DNA of 4,278 nucleotides from a virus (lineage: Duplodnaviria; Heunggongvirae; Uroviricota; Caudoviricetes): the IMG/VR virus record IMGVR_UViG_2703718871_000027. The stretch is one strand, 5' to 3'. Below the pieces are notes generated by a model that searched no databases, was not told the origin of the DNA, and saw nothing but the letters and a program-made list of their open reading frames with translations. Both the position numbers and the translations under genes were made by a program. Below, piece by piece: positions 1 through 4,095 of this stretch; the first letter of the stretch is position 1; every line of letters begins with the position of its first letter.

Positions 1-1230
1 ATGAGCAGAGCACTTAACAAACTGAGCGATACACAGCTGAGGAAAATCAACGGCACACCCGCCCAAAAAACAGCCTTTCTTAATGACGGTGGAAACCTGA
101 GCGTCAGGCATTCAACCAGTGGCCTTTTAACCTGGTATTTCACTTACAGGGCCGGAACGGGAAGGGGGGCACCACCGGAACGCATTAAGCTGGGAAATTA
201 TCCTGATCTGAGCCTGAAATCAGCCAGGGAAAAAGCCGCCCAGTGTCGCGCATGGCTGGCAGAGGGGAAAAATCCACGTCATGAAATGAATTACACCGTA
301 CAGGAAGCGTTAAAGCCGGTAACGGTTGGCGATGCGCTCACCTACTGGCTTGAGTCGTACGCAAAGGAAAACCGTGTGGATTATGACCCACTGAAAAAGC
401 GGCTAAATAATCACGTAATACAGCACATTGGCCCTATGCCGCTGGATAAATGCGAGCTACGGCACTGGCTGGCCTGTTTTGATCGGGTGGCAAAGAAAGC
501 CCCTGTTTCCGCCGGGTTCCTGCTACAGACATGCAAGCAGGCGCTTAAGTTCTGCAGGAAGCGGCGCTATGCAATCAGCAACGTTCTTGATGATATGAGT
601 GTGGCGGACGTTGGGAAAAAACCGGATATAAGTGAGCGTGTCTTAAGTAACAAAGAACTTGGCGAATTATTGCAGGCACTGGACAAAAAAATATTTTCCC
701 CTTACTACGTCGCACTAATCCGCCTCCTGATTGTTTTCGGATGCCGGACAGTAGAACTGAGGTTATCGGAGATCGGCGAGTGGGATTTTACCGAAATGCT
801 CTGGACCGTTCCGAAGGAGCACAGCAAAACGAAGGTAGCCATATTCCGGCCCATACCGGAAGCGATACTGCCGTTCGTCACGCAGCTGGTGGAGCAGAAC
901 AGGCACACGGGCTTATTGCTGGGGGAAGTGAAACAGGAAACCAGCGTATCGCAGTACGGCAGATTGGTGCACAGGAGGCTTAAACACCCTCACTGGTCAC
1001 TGCATGACATCCGGCGCACCTTTACAACCATGCTGAACGATTTAGGCGTTGATCCTCACGTCGTGGAGCAGCTTACAGGCCACCAGATGCCAGGAATGCA
1101 ACGCGTGTACAACCATTCCCGCTATATTGATGCGAAACGCAATGCGCTTGATATGTGGGTGGAGCGGTTGGAGATACTGGCGGGAACACATGAAAACGTA
1201 ACCACGCTACCAGTAACCAGAATAAAATAA
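1..1230 (+). CDS. int: Tyrosine recombinase, P4-type integrase family (N-terminal arm-binding domain plus C-terminal catalytic domain)
   Basis: 409-aa ORF from ATG at 1 to TAA at 1228-1230. N-terminus (LSDTQLRK...LNDGGNLSVRHSTSGLLTWYFTYR) fits the P4-integrase arm-binding domain pattern. C-terminal half has the tyrosine-recombinase catalytic residues in order: GCRTVELRLSE (Arg), HDIRRTF (His-x-x-Arg), GHQMPGMQRVYNHSRY (His and Tyr nucleophile). Window starts at the ATG, so an upstream extension cannot be excluded. Confidence 0.9.
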   Translation: MSRALNKLSDTQLRKINGTPAQKTAFLNDGGNLSVRHSTSGLLTWYFTYRAGTGRGAPPERIKLGNYPDLSLKSAREKAAQCRAWLAEGKNPRHEMNYTVQEALKPVTVGDALTYWLESYAKENRVDYDPLKKRLNNHVIQHIGPMPLDKCELRHWLACFDRVAKKAPVSAGFLLQTCKQALKFCRKRRYAISNVLDDMSVADVGKKPDISERVLSNKELGELLQALDKKIFSPYYVALIRLLIVFGCRTVELRLSEIGEWDFTEMLWTVPKEHSKTKVAIFRPIPEAILPFVTQLVEQNRHTGLLLGEVKQETSVSQYGRLVHRRLKHPHWSLHDIRRTFTTMLNDLGVDPHVVEQLTGHQMPGMQRVYNHSRYIDAKRNALDMWVERLEILAGTHENVTTLPVTRIK

Positions 1231-1280
1231 TTTTTTTCGTGTTTTTTCAGTATGCGCATACTGGATAAGTGCACAGATAC

Positions 1281-1315
1281 AACGTGAAACAATGTGCAAT
1301 AACGTGACACAATCA
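1281..1315. repeat. Two tandem copies (20-bp period) of AACGTGA(A/C)ACAAT in the int-alpA intergenic region; candidate protein-binding sites
   Basis: aacgtgaaacaatg at 1281-1294 and aacgtgacacaatc at 1301-1314. The core TGACACAATCA (1305-1315) recurs at 1535-1545. Function is inferred only. Confidence 0.3.
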
Positions 1316-1413
1316 CGAACAAGAGGCCAAAAAGAATACAGATTTATAAGTTACTGATTTTTAATGCTCAGCTGGTTTTTTATACATTAGTGAATTACGC
1401 GTTAAAGCGTGCG

Positions 1414-1450
1414 AAAAAAGGCATAAAACAAGATTTTATGCCTTTGTATT
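1414..1450. terminator. Candidate bidirectional intrinsic terminator downstream of int
   Basis: 10-bp stem aggcataaaa (1419-1428) pairs with ttttatgcct (1434-1443), loop caaga. Flanked by an A-run (1414-1418) upstream and TTGTATT (1444-1450) downstream. Stem is AT-rich, so predicted strength is modest. Confidence 0.4.
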
Positions 1451-1534
1451 AACATGAATTTAAATGATTTTATCCTGATTATTCCTCTTTCTGTAAACCA
1501 TGCGACACCAACATTTGCCAACTCTGAATCATCC

Positions 1535-1545
1535 TGACACAATCA
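1535..1545. repeat. Third copy of the TGACACAATCA motif, about 60 bp upstream of the alpA start
   Basis: Exact 11-mer shared with 1305-1315. Its position just upstream of alpA suggests a regulatory site. Confidence 0.3.
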
Positions 1546-1604
1546 GACACATCCCAACGCAATAGAACACGAAATAACTCTTTAAGAAACGAAAGGGGGC
1601 AATA

Positions 1605-1793
1605 GTGTTAAGCACTGATCGGTTTATACGTGAAAAAGAATGCGAAAAGCTAACAGGCCTTAGCCGCTCATGCCGCTACCGCCTGGAAAAGGCCGGACAA
1701 TTCCCATCACGTCGTAAACTTGGCGGGCGTTCTGTTGGCTGGTCTTTATCTGAGGTTTTGGCCTGGAAGGATAGCTGCAAGGCAGTTCACTAA
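1605..1793 (+). CDS. alpA: AlpA/Vis-family (MerR-like HTH) prophage transcriptional regulator
   Basis: 62-aa ORF with GTG start at 1605, preceded by SD AGGGGG (1594-1599, 5-nt spacer). The segment FPSRRKLGGRSVGWSLSEVLAWK matches the conserved AlpA-family signature (FP..R.LG.[KR]SVGW...E...W). Sits immediately downstream of the integrase, as in CP4-57-type elements. Confidence 0.85.
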   Translation: MLSTDRFIREKECEKLTGLSRSCRYRLEKAGQFPSRRKLGGRSVGWSLSEVLAWKDSCKAVH

Positions 1794-1833
1794 AAAGACT
1801 GGCGGCACACAGCCACCACCAATCCATTATTGA

Positions 1834-1857
1834 CCGATACCGGGATCTCGGTATCGG
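1834..1857. repeat. Perfect 9-bp inverted repeat CCGATACCG-N6-CGGTATCGG downstream of alpA
   Basis: ccgataccg (1834-1842) and cggtatcgg (1849-1857) are exact reverse complements. No U-tract follows on either strand, so a protein-binding palindrome or RNA hairpin is more likely than a canonical terminator. Confidence 0.5.
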
Positions 1858-1973
1858 GAATAAACGCCATAATACTGAGGTATAACCATGATGAAATATA
1901 CGCCCGTACAGGGGCGGGGATTCGTTCGCCCTGGTGAATCTGAAAAGCCATGCTATAGGGTATTTTCAGGCAT

Positions 1974-2001
1974 AAAAAAAGCGGTCCCGATATGGAACCG
2001 C
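1974..2001 (-). terminator. Rho-independent terminator for the leftward A1-B1 operon (weaker in the + direction)
   Basis: GC-rich hairpin gcggtcc...ggaaccgc (1981-2001). On the minus strand it is followed directly by U7 (complement of the A7 run at 1974-1980). On the + strand it is followed by CTTTCT. Lies about 70 nt downstream of the B1 stop. Confidence 0.55.
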
Positions 2002-2069
2002 CTTTCTGAACAATTAACCCGCTGCGCCGTATGTGTCAACAATCATAAGCCCGAACATGATAACCGTGA

Positions 2070-2273
2070 TCAGGCTGGTGGGCAATTACCTTGCTTGTTG
2101 GGGCCGTATTGTGCTGCCATTTTCATCCGTTCAGAACGTGAATATTTTTTTAGAAACTCATCAAGGACAAAAGCGCATGGAGCGAATCTTTCTGATTCAT
2201 GCTCGAGCGCCATATTTTCGTGCTCTCTGTTCGTTTTTTGCGATGGTGTATTGGTTGATTCTTTATTGGTCAT
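2070..2273 (-). CDS. Hypothetical small protein B1 (67 aa), second gene of leftward cassette-1 operon
   Basis: ORF from ATG (complement of 2271-2273) to TGA (complement of 2070-2072), with a weak SD (AGGT) 7 nt upstream. Paralogous to B2: shared MTN N-terminus, F[AV]L[ED][DE]F..KY.R block and PP[AG] C-terminus. Same 57-nt spacing after the A gene in both cassettes. No recognisable domain. Confidence 0.4.
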   Translation of the reverse strand: MTNKESTNTPSQKTNREHENMALEHESERFAPCAFVLDEFLKKYSRSERMKMAAQYGPNKQGNCPPA

Positions 2274-2294
2274 TGTGTGTACCTGTAAAGCAAT

Positions 2295-2321
2295 GCGCCG
2301 TAGTACCTCACGCCACGGCGC
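2295..2321 (-). other. Conserved hairpin between A1 and B1 (possible partial terminator or RNA processing site)
   Basis: Stem gcgccgt (2295-2301) pairs with acggcgc (2315-2321), 13-nt loop. On the minus strand it is followed by AUUGCUUUA. Nearly identical to the copy at 3036-3062 (one loop difference). Confidence 0.4.
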
Positions 2322-2330
2322 TGATAGTAA

Positions 2331-2510
2331 TTATTCTGATTCTTTGGCCTTGCGGCGCTGGCGGCGTTTGATCTCGCCTTTTGCTGCCGTAACTAGAAAT
2401 CCGGCGGTACTTTCGCCAGGTTCTTTAAGTTGCTCAATATCGGTCATTACCTCATGCGGGATTCTGACCGTTGTCATTTGTGATTTTGCGTTCTTTGCAC
2501 CTGTTGCCAT
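2331..2510 (-). CDS. Ribbon-helix-helix (Arc/MetJ-like) DNA-binding protein A1, 59 aa; putative cassette-1 repressor
   Basis: ATG at complement of 2508-2510, preceded by SD AGGAGA (7-nt spacer); stop TAA at complement of 2331-2333. Sequence MATGAKNAKSQMTTVRIPHEVMTDIEQLKEPGESTAGFLVTAAKGEIKRRQRRKAKESE has the RHH layout: beta-strand (TTVRIP), helix A (HEVMTDIEQL), G-x-S turn (PGES), helix B, basic tail. 63 percent identical to A2 with no gaps. The longer 134-aa track ORF (2331..2735) is rejected because it would cross the promoter/operator region. Confidence 0.65.
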   Translation of the reverse strand: MATGAKNAKSQMTTVRIPHEVMTDIEQLKEPGESTAGFLVTAAKGEIKRRQRRKAKESE

Positions 2511-2530
2511 TTCTGGTTCTCCTGATAATC

Positions 2531-2623
2531 GGTGTATTTCAGTATACGCAAAAAAAAAGATAAAAAAAGTCTTGCGGTGTATTTCACCTGAATGTAGATT
2601 TAAAAATGAAGGTGAAATACACC
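2531..2623. promoter_or_regulatory. Cassette-1 divergent promoter/operator region with three GGTGTATTTCACC-type sites
   Basis: Sites at 2531-2542 (ggtgtatttcag), 2576-2588 (ggtgtatttcacc) and, inverted, 2611-2623 (ggtgaaatacacc). Candidate rightward promoter: -35 TTGCGG (2572-2577), 17-bp spacer, -10 TAGATT (2595-2600). Candidate leftward -10 TATACT (complement of 2541-2546), overlapping the first site. Operators overlap promoter elements as expected for repression and autoregulation. Confidence 0.5.
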
Positions 2624-2634
2624 CAAAACAACAA

Positions 2635-2666
2635 CGCCCCGCAGTGATGGGAACACATACGGGGCG
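2635..2666 (+). other. Cassette-1 rightward leader hairpin (7-bp GC stem) ahead of a conserved RBS and ORF start
   Basis: cgccccg (2635-2641) pairs with cggggcg (2660-2666), 18-nt loop. Followed by TCTAACCAA, SD GAGG (2686-2689) and ATG 2698. The same order of elements occurs in cassette 2 (hairpin 3385-3411, TCTAACCAA, GAGGAG, ATG 3444). Confidence 0.4.
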
Positions 2667-2747
2667 TCTAACCAAACCATTAATTGAGGTAACGATTATG
2701 GCTATAAAAGAGCATAGCTTACTCTTTATACACACACAAACGCCCCG

Positions 2748-2767
2748 GAAACGGAATAATCCGTTTC
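2748..2767 (-). terminator. Weak hairpin at the 3' end of the cassette-2 leftward operon (downstream of B2)
   Basis: gaaacgg (2748-2754) pairs with ccgtttc (2761-2767), loop aataat. On the minus strand it is followed by a G/U-rich stretch (CGGGGCGUUUGUGUGUGU), not a clean U-tract. On the + strand a displaced T-run (2777-2780) follows. Confidence 0.3.
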
Positions 2768-2786
2768 ATAGTTCGGTTTTGTGCAC

Positions 2787-3014
2787 TCATCCTGGCGGTC
2801 GGTTTTTGCCGGATTTAAGCCGCCGTGGGTATTTATCGACAAAATCTTCAAGGGCAAATTTTTCTGGTGGCACTAAGCGCGGCGCTGGTGGTGGTATTTT
2901 TGTTCTGGTTAGTTCTTCCTCAACTCTGGCGCAGGCTTCTGACTGCCTTTGCCGGATGATTTCATCATCTTGCGTTTGCGTGTCTTGTATTGGTGATAGT
3001 GTGTTGTTGGTCAT
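2787..3014 (-). CDS. Hypothetical small protein B2 (75 aa, Pro/charge-rich), second gene of leftward cassette-2 operon
   Basis: ATG at complement of 3012-3014 with SD AGGG 7 nt upstream; stop TGA at complement of 2787-2789. Paralog of B1 with the same gene order and 57-nt spacing after the A gene. No recognisable domain. Confidence 0.4.
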   Translation of the reverse strand: MTNNTLSPIQDTQTQDDEIIRQRQSEACARVEEELTRTKIPPPAPRLVPPEKFALEDFVDKYPRRLKSGKNRPPG

Positions 3015-3035
3015 GATACTGCCCTGTAAAGCAAT

Positions 3036-3062
3036 GCGCCGTAGTACCTCACACCACGGCGC
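3036..3062 (-). other. Conserved hairpin between A2 and B2 (copy of 2295-2321)
   Basis: Stem gcgccgt (3036-3042) pairs with acggcgc (3056-3062). Identical stem and near-identical loop to the cassette-1 copy. Confidence 0.4.
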
Positions 3063-3071
3063 TGATAGTGA

Positions 3072-3251
3072 TTATTCTGATTCTTTGGCCTTGCGACGCT
3101 GGCGGTATTCAACTTCCCGCTTTAATGCAGCTGTAACAAACTGCCCTGTACTTTCGCCGGGCATTTTTACCGCCTCAACATTGTTCATAACTTCATGTGG
3201 AACCCTTGCCGCAACTGTTTGTGATTTTGCGTTTACTGCTTTTGTCGCCAT
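3072..3251 (-). CDS. Ribbon-helix-helix (Arc/MetJ-like) DNA-binding protein A2, 59 aa; putative cassette-2 repressor
   Basis: ATG at complement of 3249-3251 with SD GAGGGG 8 nt upstream (an in-frame GTG 9 nt further upstream is possible but has no SD); stop TAA at complement of 3072-3074. Sequence MATKAVNAKSQTVAARVPHEVMNNVEAVKMPGESTGQFVTAALKREVEYRQRRKAKESE aligns with the Arc repressor fold pattern (beta-strand, P-x-E-V helix A, G-x-S turn, helix B). Paralog of A1. Confidence 0.65.
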   Translation of the reverse strand: MATKAVNAKSQTVAARVPHEVMNNVEAVKMPGESTGQFVTAALKREVEYRQRRKAKESE

Positions 3252-3280
3252 GTTGAGCACCCCTCATAAAAAACAAATGC

Positions 3281-3354
3281 AGTATGCAGGAAAAAAAACA
3301 AGTGTTCAACACTTGACGTGTTTAACACCTCGATTTAAATTGGTGTTCAACACC
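3281..3354. promoter_or_regulatory. Cassette-2 divergent promoter/operator region with three GTGTT-N-AACAC palindromes
   Basis: Palindromes at 3302-3312 (gtgttcaacac), 3318-3328 (gtgtttaacac) and 3342-3354 (ggtgttcaacacc). Rightward promoter: -35 TTGACG (3313-3318), 17-bp spacer, -10 TAAATT (3336-3341); the sites sit upstream of -35, in the spacer, and over the predicted start site. Leftward promoter: -35 TTGAAC (complement of 3304-3309, inside the first site), 17-bp spacer, -10 CATACT (complement of 3281-3286). Confidence 0.55.
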
Positions 3355-3384
3355 TTATTTAGGCAAGGTGTAGAAACGACGAAA

Positions 3385-3411
3385 CCCCGCACTGTAGGAG
3401 CAGTAACGGGG
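3385..3411 (+). other. Cassette-2 rightward leader hairpin (counterpart of 2635-2666)
   Basis: Outer stem ccccg (3385-3389) pairs with cgggg (3407-3411); inner stem actg (3391-3394) pairs with cagt (3401-3404); loop taggag. Followed by TCTAACCAA, SD GAGGAG (3433-3438) and ATG 3444. Confidence 0.4.
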
Positions 3412-3443
3412 CTTCTAACCAACAACGTAAACGAGGAGCCGTT

Positions 3444-3638
3444 ATGGTTGCCGTAAATCATATACCACACCTTGTACACACACAAACGGCCTTTGTGTGG
3501 CGTTTTCTGGCACTGAGTGCCGGAGAATCTCAAATAATCCACGTAACCGCCTGGACGGAACGCGAAGCACGTAACCGTTGCCCGTCAGGTTGTGTTGCTG
3601 TATTCGCCGCCCGTATTCGCCAGGGGGTAGGCTTATGA
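3444..3638 (+). CDS. Hypothetical protein (64 aa), first gene of rightward operon
   Basis: Strong SD GAGGAG with 5-nt spacer to ATG 3444. N-terminus M-[AV]-[IV]-x-x-H-x-x-x-[FL]-[IV]-H-T-Q-T is shared with the cassette-1 start at 2698. Stop TGA (3636-3638) overlaps the next ATG (ATGA), indicating translational coupling. Caveat: hairpins lie inside codons 12-27, so the 5' part may act as RNA. Confidence 0.45.
   Translation: MVAVNHIPHLVHTQTAFVWRFLALSAGESQIIHVTAWTEREARNRCPSGCVAVFAARIRQGVGL
3479..3508 (+). terminator. Terminator/attenuator-like hairpin inside the 5' end of ORF 3444-3638
   Basis: cacacaaa (3479-3486) pairs with tttgtgtg (3492-3499), loop cggcc, followed by GCGTTTTCT (3500-3508). 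A second hairpin follows immediately: ctggcac-tga-gtgccgg (3507-3523). Confidence 0.3.
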
Positions 3639-3871
3639 ACAATAACATCCGTCCGGACGCAGCCGCCGAAGCCATCATAACGCTAATGCATGCGCTGATT
3701 GATATTTCTGTTATTGCTGACAAGGCGCATAAGCACGCCACCAGTGAAACAGAATATGCAGGGGCTTTCGTTCCTCATTCGCTGGCGGTTATGCAACTTA
3801 GTGCTGATATGGCGCTGAATGAGGCAGGCAAAATTCTTACCGCAGATATTCAAGGGGCGCACCATGCATGA
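3635..3871 (+). CDS. Hypothetical protein (78 aa), translationally coupled
   Basis: ATG 3635 preceded by SD AGGGGG (3622-3627, 7-nt spacer); the start overlaps the stop of the upstream ORF. The track ORF starting at 3578 has no SD, so the internal start is preferred. No recognisable motif. Confidence 0.5.
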   Translation: MNNNIRPDAAAEAIITLMHALIDISVIADKAHKHATSETEYAGAFVPHSLAVMQLSADMALNEAGKILTADIQGAHHA

Positions 3872-4079
3872 TGACCGTTATTTTAAATTAATGAGCCATG
3901 CAGAAAACGCACTGACTAACAGTGAATGCTTGCGGAAAATATTGCTTATCTGGCTTGATGGTTTAAGTGATGCGCCGGAAGGTGAACGTGAATCTAATCT
4001 TGCTGGTGCGTTTATTTCATTACTCGATACGGTAATCACCGAATTAAATAAAGCGATCGAAATTCACGATAAAAAATAA
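3864..4079 (+). CDS. Hypothetical acidic protein (71 aa), translationally coupled
   Basis: ATG 3864 preceded by SD AAGGGG (3852-3857, 6-nt spacer); overlaps the upstream stop (ATGCATGA, 3864-3871). The alternative ATG at 3819 lacks an SD. Stop TAA at 4077-4079. Confidence 0.5.
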   Translation: MHDDRYFKLMSHAENALTNSECLRKILLIWLDGLSDAPEGERESNLAGAFISLLDTVITELNKAIEIHDKK

Positions 4080-4095
4080 ACGCGGAATAAAAACC

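Larger units (their letters stand above)
2282..2510. repeat. Direct repeat copy 1 (core of cassette 1: 3' end of B-proximal spacer through the A1 start)
   Basis: Aligns with 3023-3251 at a constant offset of 741 bp. The first roughly 85 bp (2282-2366) are about 96 percent identical; the remainder is about 65 percent. Confidence 0.8.
3023..3251. repeat. Direct repeat copy 2 (core of cassette 2)
   Basis: Counterpart of 2282-2510. Similarity continues at lower level through the promoter, leader and ORF-start regions (offsets 740-750). Confidence 0.8.

Noticed and set aside
705-983. Small ORFs inside the integrase gene (705..908 on -, 741..983 on +)
   Set aside because: Embedded in a well-supported 409-aa integrase ORF, with no RBS and no recognisable features. 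Overlapping-frame artefacts.
1231-1253. T-rich stretch immediately after the int stop as an intrinsic terminator
   Set aside because: No stable hairpin precedes the T-run. The hairpin at 1419-1443 is a better terminator candidate.
1122-1322. 66-aa ORF on the minus strand overlapping the integrase 3' end
   Set aside because: Overlaps the int coding region and has no RBS. Likely spurious.
2033-2371. 112-aa hydrophobic ORF on the + strand
   Set aside because: Entirely antisense to B1 and the A1 3' end, no SD, composition typical of antisense translation. Judged spurious.
2331-2735. 134-aa extended version of the A1 ORF from the six-frame track
   Set aside because: The upstream 75 codons cover the promoter/operator region and the rightward leader hairpin, have no RBS and no counterpart in A2. 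The internal ATG at 2508-2510 has a strong SD and gives a 59-aa protein that aligns gaplessly with A2.
2282-3251. Direct repeats considered as a possible CRISPR array or IS/transposon ends
   Set aside because: There are only two copies, each over 200 bp, diverged, and coding for paralogous proteins. No short uniform repeat-spacer periodicity and no terminal inverted repeats or transposase. This is a gene-cassette duplication.
3072-3260. 62-aa version of A2 starting at the GTG (track start, MLNM...)
   Set aside because: The ATG 9 nt downstream (3249-3251) has the better-placed SD (GAGGGG) and gives the same length and N-terminus (MAT...) as A1. The GTG start is not excluded, only less likely.
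1888-3456. 1569-nt (522-aa) stop-free ORF on the + strand with a good SD (GAGG, 7-nt spacer) before ATG 1888
   Set aside because: The predicted protein is Cys/Ser/Arg-rich and low in complexity, and includes KKKIKK from poly-A promoter DNA. It runs through a terminator hairpin (1981-2001), two promoter/operator regions and the antisense of four leftward genes that have RBSs and paralog conservation. Its third codon positions coincide with those of the leftward genes, and the 741-bp duplication is in frame, which explains the lack of stops. Most likely an antisense artefact, though a stop-free run of this length is unusual enough to mention.
3306-3865. Minus-strand ORFs 3306..3542, 3442..3741 and 3683..3865
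   Set aside because: They overlap the promoter/operator region and the translationally coupled rightward ORFs, and have no convincing RBSs or motifs. Judged to be antisense noise.
3578-4079. Upstream alternative starts for the rightward ORFs (3578 and 3819)
   Set aside because: Neither has an SD, and each would overlap the preceding ORF by about 50 nt. The internal ATGs at 3635 and 3864 have G-rich SDs at ideal spacing and overlap the upstream stop codons.
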